Assembly: GCA_963675595.2 (NCBI GenBank)
Contig: CAXXLZ010000002.1
Span: forward strand, 1,760,001 to 1,824,000
Direction: 5' to 3'
DNA length: 64,000 bases
Source: Thermodesulfobacteriota bacterium
GTDB lineage: Bacteria; Desulfobacterota; Desulfarculia; JACQYL01
In this document: positions 59,625 through 64,000 of the stretch, piece by piece
Layout: each line of letters begins with the position of its first letter
Position numbering within the stretch: position 1 is the first letter of the stretch
Position numbers and translations under genes: made by a program
Notes under the pieces: generated by a model
What the model was told of the DNA's origin: nothing
The model's database searches: none
Seen by the model: only the letters and a program-made list of their open reading frames with translations

Positions 59625-59993
59625 TCAGATTTGGTGCGCACCGGGCATGGTGCGTTCCGCCGCACTTCCTTCCACAAAGGTGTGTTTCTTCTTTAACGTA
59701 TGGTGTGTGGCCAGGGAGTACTCTTCGATTTCCGTGGGACTTTCCAGGTAGGGCTGGATCTTGGCTTCGTTGGCGATCCGCATGGGACTCTCTTTCCATT
59801 CGTGCCAGTTTTCCAGACCGAGCCATTCACTGACCACGACCACCCGTTGAGGATCATTCTGATCGATGAGCGTCCTGCCGGATACGTAGCCTCTTTGCTG
59901 GACGGCCTCCCCGCGGAGCTTGTTCAGGAGGGCGAAAACCTCCATCGCCCTTCCGGCCTTGATTCGTCTTTTGATCAATACGGTGACCACCAT
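59625..59993 (-). CDS. Antibiotic biosynthesis monooxygenase (ABM) family protein
   Basis: VTVLIKR, QRGYVSG, VVSEW...W..W..S..R. Start at ATG 59993. Confidence 0.85.
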   Translation of the reverse strand: MVVTVLIKRRIKAGRAMEVFALLNKLRGEAVQQRGYVSGRTLIDQNDPQRVVVVSEWLGLENWHEWKESPMRIANEAKIQPYLESPTEIEEYSLATHHTLKKKHTFVEGSAAERTMPGAHQI

Positions 59994-60161
59994 GGCCTGC
60001 CCCCTTTCTTTGGAATGGAAACCACGTTCGACCCATAACTGCCTATACAAAATTATAGTCAACCCACCCCGGATCCGGCAAGATTTCTCTTGAACCGACG
60101 TCAAAAGGCGTGAAAGCCGTTCCGCCCCGGAGGTTTCTTTGTGTTGGGAAACGCCTAAGGC

Positions 60162-60190
60162 TTGACGGATGGAAAGGATTGTTCTAGGCT
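60162..60190 (+). promoter_or_regulatory. Putative sigma70 promoter of the MoxR operon
   Basis: TTGACG-N17-TAGGCT. Confidence 0.5.
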
Positions 60191-60271
60191 TTTTTTCGTC
60201 CAAAAGGCTCGCATCCATGAAAGCCCCATACATGCCTTTTACCGTTCAGTCTTCACCAGGGGAGGACGACC

Positions 60272-60703
60272 TTGTTGTCGCCCTTTAGACGCGTTCCACC
60301 GCCGTCCGCGAGACTCCATGAACCGCCATACGCCCATCCCGGTCTAGCGGCGGTGGGTGTCGCGGGGGCCAGGTGGTTGCCTCATTCCGGTCTGGTGAGC
60401 CCCATGTTTTCCCAAGTCTCCGAATTGATCGAATTGTTTAAAATCCGCCTAAGGGCAGGACAAGATAGGCAAGTGGACGCCTTTCGGACACTGGAAAGCG
60501 GGACCGTGGAAGAATTCGTGGTGGTGGAAATCGCCGAGGGAGTCAAGAAACTACTTTTTCGAGTCTGGCCCATATTCTACACCGATCGTCCGCGTATTGA
60601 ATACAGGGTCTATGCCCGTGACCCGAGCGTGGAAAACCTGGTAACGGATGTGCTGATGCTGGGAGCGCAGGCTCGGAACGCCCGACTGGTTCTGAAAGAC
60701 TAG
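60272..60703 (+). CDS. Hypothetical protein, first gene of the MoxR operon
   Basis: GGAGG before TTG 60272 (alternative ATG 60404). The C-terminal ~100 aa look like a real alpha/beta domain. Confidence 0.55.
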   Translation: MLSPFRRVPPPSARLHEPPYAHPGLAAVGVAGARWLPHSGLVSPMFSQVSELIELFKIRLRAGQDRQVDAFRTLESGTVEEFVVVEIAEGVKKLLFRVWPIFYTDRPRIEYRVYARDPSVENLVTDVLMLGAQARNARLVLKD

Positions 60704-60762
60704 AGGACGGGGGCGAACGCATTCACAACCTGAAGCCGGTTCCGTCCGGAACCTGGAGTCCC

Positions 60763-62103
60763 ATGTCCCGGTCGTCCTTTCGAAAGATCGCTCAAGGCCT
60801 TTACGACTTCATCGCGGAGGACCTTTACCTGAACCGCCGTGACCTGGAGGTTCATGGGAACCGGTTCAACGCGTCCCTCTTATTCAGTCTCCTTACCGGC
60901 CTCTGCGGGGGAAGAATCCTGTTGGTGGGCGAACCCGGGATGGGCAAGACCACGTCGGCCGAGTATGTGAGCTCCCTTGTTTACCGGCTGCCCATTGAAG
61001 TGGTGTGGAAGGCCGAAATTTCGGGACATCCCGAACAGACCGAAGAAAAAATCGTGGGCCGCCCCGATCTGGGAAGTCTTAACCGGGGTCGGGAAGTCGT
61101 CGTATGGTCCTACTTCACTCTGCTGCCGAACAAGATCGTTGATGAAATCAACCGGCTGCCGGAAACCAAGCAAAGCCTGATCCTTGACGGAGTGGATCGC
61201 GGAAAATGGGAATATTTGAATGAATCGGTGATCAATCCGGAGTTCTGTCTTTTCGCCACCGCCAATTACCAGGATCGGGGGACTCATACCATCATCCCTC
61301 CCCTGCTGGATCGTTTCGACGTCTTGGCGGAGTCCAAGCATCCCGGGGCGAATTTGGCCTACCACATCGGCGGTAACGGCAAACGGGTTTCGCTTCTGCG
61401 GGACCCGGAACTGGAACGGGATTTCCATGAGGTCCTGACCTCATTCGCGCCTTACAAGGATCGCATGGATGAAATCGAAACCTTGAGCGGTCGGTTTGGG
61501 TCCCGTTTGACCGCGCAAGCCGGCTTGCCTACTTTCTCAAGGGCCGACCGCCAAAGCATCAGGGACGATATTTCCTCGATCCCTTGCGACCTGGACGCCA
61601 ACGCCTTCCTGAGATTCGCCATCAGCGAGCTTTCCTTCTGCCACGTATTTGGGCAAAAACGGTCCAATGAGGTTTGCGAAGAAGGATGCCATTTCTCTCA
61701 ATACCTCTGCCACGCGGTGCACAACTGCGTTTCCAACCGACTTCCCTTAAGCGCTCGGAATTACGCCCGCGCCCTGGCTTGGTTGTTGGGGCACGAACAA
61801 GTCGACGTCGGGCACCTGACCGCTGTTCTTCCCCACTGTCTGGCTCATCGAATTCAGTGGAAGGAGGAGTTTCTTGCCCGCCGGACAAAGGAGGCAAGAA
61901 GCGATCCCGTGCCCTTGCACATGGCACGACGGGCCGTCGGGGACATGCATCGCCGCTATACGGAGCAATCGGACCTCGTGAAAGACGCACTGGCCAAGGC
62001 TTTTCTAATTCTGGAGGAAGGAACCGGAGAACCGATCCGGGGCGAGCATCCCCTGTTCTGGGAAATCCGAAGAGACCTTGGGGAGGAGTTCAAAGCGGAA
62101 TGA
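60763..62103 (+). CDS. MoxR-like AAA+ ATPase
   Basis: Walker A GEPGMGKT, Walker B IVDEINR, FATAN, LLDRF, C-terminal LAHRI. Confidence 0.9.
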   Translation: MSRSSFRKIAQGLYDFIAEDLYLNRRDLEVHGNRFNASLLFSLLTGLCGGRILLVGEPGMGKTTSAEYVSSLVYRLPIEVVWKAEISGHPEQTEEKIVGRPDLGSLNRGREVVVWSYFTLLPNKIVDEINRLPETKQSLILDGVDRGKWEYLNESVINPEFCLFATANYQDRGTHTIIPPLLDRFDVLAESKHPGANLAYHIGGNGKRVSLLRDPELERDFHEVLTSFAPYKDRMDEIETLSGRFGSRLTAQAGLPTFSRADRQSIRDDISSIPCDLDANAFLRFAISELSFCHVFGQKRSNEVCEEGCHFSQYLCHAVHNCVSNRLPLSARNYARALAWLLGHEQVDVGHLTAVLPHCLAHRIQWKEEFLARRTKEARSDPVPLHMARRAVGDMHRRYTEQSDLVKDALAKAFLILEEGTGEPIRGEHPLFWEIRRDLGEEFKAE

Positions 62104-62798
62104 GGAACCCTTTTTACGACTTCGGGCCGGACCGCTATGTAAGGCAAAAGGGAGCCGCCGAATCCTCCATGCGGAACAGGGAAAGGATTCTTGATCGGCT
62201 GATGAACGGCTATCGTCGGCTCATCGACGAGGAGGCTCAAAACCTGTTATGGCCTGTGGAACACGAACGAATTCTGAGAGCCTACACCGCTTCGATGGAA
62301 AGAATTGCAGATTTCATCCCCGAGGCCGGGGACATCGAGGAGTTTTGTGCCTTGTTGGATGGGGATGAATCGTCTCTGTGGGTTCCCGGACCCGCCGGAG
62401 TCTTTCTGTCCGCCCTGGTGAACGCTTCATCGGAAACGAAGCTGGAACTCAGGCTCAAAGACTATGGGCGGCGGTTCCACTTTTTGGGTTATCTCCTGCC
62501 CGAAGGCAAGACTCTGGAACTGAACGGAGATGCGGGAGATTTCTGCGGAGCCGCTCTTGACGGAGGCCGACTGGTGGTTGGCGGATCCACCGGTGATTGG
62601 TGCGGGGCCGGTATGTTGCGGGGAACAGTGCTCATCCGTGGGGATTCCGGCGAACACACGGGAATCTGGATGCAAGGCGGCATCATCCACGTGGACGGCC
62701 CCATCCGGGGCATGGGCGAGCCCCGATTCGGAGGGGAGATTCGGACCGGGGAGCCCGACTCCTCCGAAGAAGGCGCCGGGGCGACCTCTTCCTGCTAA
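62100..62798 (+). CDS. Protein with helical N-domain and GXGXG (FwdC/glutamate synthase C-terminal) beta-helix
   Basis: ATGA-coupled to MoxR. Three ~19-aa repeats GDAGDFCG, GSTGDWCG.GM..G, GDSGEHTG..MQGG. Confidence 0.8.
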   Translation: MRNPFYDFGPDRYVRQKGAAESSMRNRERILDRLMNGYRRLIDEEAQNLLWPVEHERILRAYTASMERIADFIPEAGDIEEFCALLDGDESSLWVPGPAGVFLSALVNASSETKLELRLKDYGRRFHFLGYLLPEGKTLELNGDAGDFCGAALDGGRLVVGGSTGDWCGAGMLRGTVLIRGDSGEHTGIWMQGGIIHVDGPIRGMGEPRFGGEIRTGEPDSSEEGAGATSSC

Positions 62799-62881
62799 TG
62801 TCCGCCGTGCGAATTCACATCGCCTGAGACGTGCTCTTCGATCACCTCGAGCGAACGTCCCGGGGATGTTGGGATCGAGTC

Positions 62882-64000
62882 ATGCCCGACCTCGATAGAA
62901 TCCTTGAGGAAAGCTGGCGCCGTGTACGGCGGAAACATCTGTTCCCCGAACTGCCGGCACCCGTTTGGTCGGATGGGGACGACCGAGTGGGCCTGGACGT
63001 GCGCCGAAAGAGGATCCATCTTTCCCGGCCCTTCGTTCTCAGCGCTTCTCCGGAACTGGAAAACCATGAAGTCGTCGAGGGACTTCTGGACCACGCGGTT
63101 TCCCACCACACCTTCTGTCCCTGGAATTTTGCGGTACATTTGAGACTCTACGGCAGAGCCAAAGCCGTCCTGCGCAAGAAGGAAACGGCCTTGCGCGCCC
63201 TGGACGCCTTTATGGACGTTGCGGCGGACACCTATTGCGTAAACGCCAAGACCGGTCCTCTTCCCAAGATTTACCGCCACCTCTCCAGAAGCCCCTTGGA
63301 CGAAATTCTGCACGGCGTCTACCAGGAGCTGTGGCAGGTGGACCTGGGCATCGCCGGAACTTCCGATCTTTGCCGCCGCCTGAGCCGACTTCCCTATCTG
63401 GACCGTAGGAAATGGGACGATTCCGTTACCCGTTTCAGCAAATTGCTGCGACCGATTCTGGAAGAGACGGCTCGGGACTCCGGAGACGCCCCATGTGCCA
63501 TGGGTCGCCACGGGCTGTCCCGGTACGCTCCCGACGATATCGCCGCCGGCCTCGAACAGCTTGCCGCGGAATCGTCGGGACCTTCGGAATTCATTGAACT
63601 GGTGACCGATTTCCAGGATGAGATTCACGCGGCCGCCGAAGGATCGAGAAGCGGAATGGGCAGAGGAACGGGCCGTACCTTCAGCGCGGACAGGCTCTAC
63701 TATATGAAGCTGGCGGAAAGCTTCTCGCTCCCCGTACGCCGGATCACGACCGAACTGTCGGGTTCGCTCTATCCCCATCACCATACGCCTTGGGAAGCGG
63801 GGCAGCCCGTGCGGGACATGGACCCTTGGACCAGTTTTGGAAAGATTCTTCCCGGTATCACCCAAACCTGGACCCGAGTGGAAGGCCGGATTTCAGGACC
63901 CGAACAGAAGGTGCCCGATTGTCTCATCGTCATCGACTCTTCCGCCAGCATGAAGAATCCCGCCTTATGTCTGTCGCACGCCGTTCTTGGAGCGGCATGC
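62882..64000 (+). CDS. VWA domain protein with peptidase-like N-terminal region (truncated by window edge)
   Basis: Not in ORF track. Open from ATG 62882 (MPDLDRILEESWRR) to the window end, with LDHAVSHHTFCPW near the N-terminus and MIDAS CLIVIDSSASM near 63920-63953. Confidence 0.85.
   Translation, partial: MPDLDRILEESWRRVRRKHLFPELPAPVWSDGDDRVGLDVRRKRIHLSRPFVLSASPELENHEVVEGLLDHAVSHHTFCPWNFAVHLRLYGRAKAVLRKKETALRALDAFMDVAADTYCVNAKTGPLPKIYRHLSRSPLDEILHGVYQELWQVDLGIAGTSDLCRRLSRLPYLDRRKWDDSVTRFSKLLRPILEETARDSGDAPCAMGRHGLSRYAPDDIAAGLEQLAAESSGPSEFIELVTDFQDEIHAAAEGSRSGMGRGTGRTFSADRLYYMKLAESFSLPVRRITTELSGSLYPHHHTPWEAGQPVRDMDPWTSFGKILPGITQTWTRVEGRISGPEQKVPDCLIVIDSSASMKNPALCLSHAVLGAAC

Noticed and set aside
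62825-62827. Selenocysteine interpretation of the in-frame TGA
   Set aside because: No redox motif context and no convincing SECIS-like hairpin seen downstream.
62795-63865. 356-aa minus-strand ORF at the window end
   Set aside because: Shadow of the plus-strand VWA gene, which the track missed because it has no stop in the window.

Overview
GC-rich bacterial window; gene content suggests Desulfobacterota/Deltaproteobacteria (inference). All calls come from reading motifs by eye, with no database searches. In order: (1) housekeeping genes (partial efp, TPR protein, ftsB-like, geranylgeranyl-reductase family, amidohydrolase, SYLF protein); (2) a flagellar locus flgN-flgK-flgL-csrA-fliW-LysM, with a giant ~1430-aa FlgL, followed by a GGDEF protein and a multi-domain glycosyltransferase; (3) a short MITE/REP-like repeat with an intact IS110-family (IS1111-type) element inserted at its end, whose non-coding end carries short matches to both the reconstructed target and the circle junction (candidate bridge/seek RNA); (4) a Na+-decarboxylase beta subunit, a large secreted HEXXH protein, an MBL hydrolase and an RND pair; (5) a ~21.7-kb minus-strand probable flagellar glycosylation island (Maf, TPR-glycosyltransferases, AsnB-GT fusion, SDRs, LpxD-like, deacetylase-like, B12 radical SAM, class-V PLP enzyme, SdhA/NadB-like flavoprotein, sulfotransferase), preceded by a sigma54-type element almost identical to one upstream of flgN; (6) a PepSY/DUF347/two-component module; (7) an operon of unknown function encoding a small protein, a MoxR AAA+ ATPase, a GXGXG beta-helix protein and a VWA protein that runs off the window. 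No rRNA, tRNA or CRISPR array was seen.
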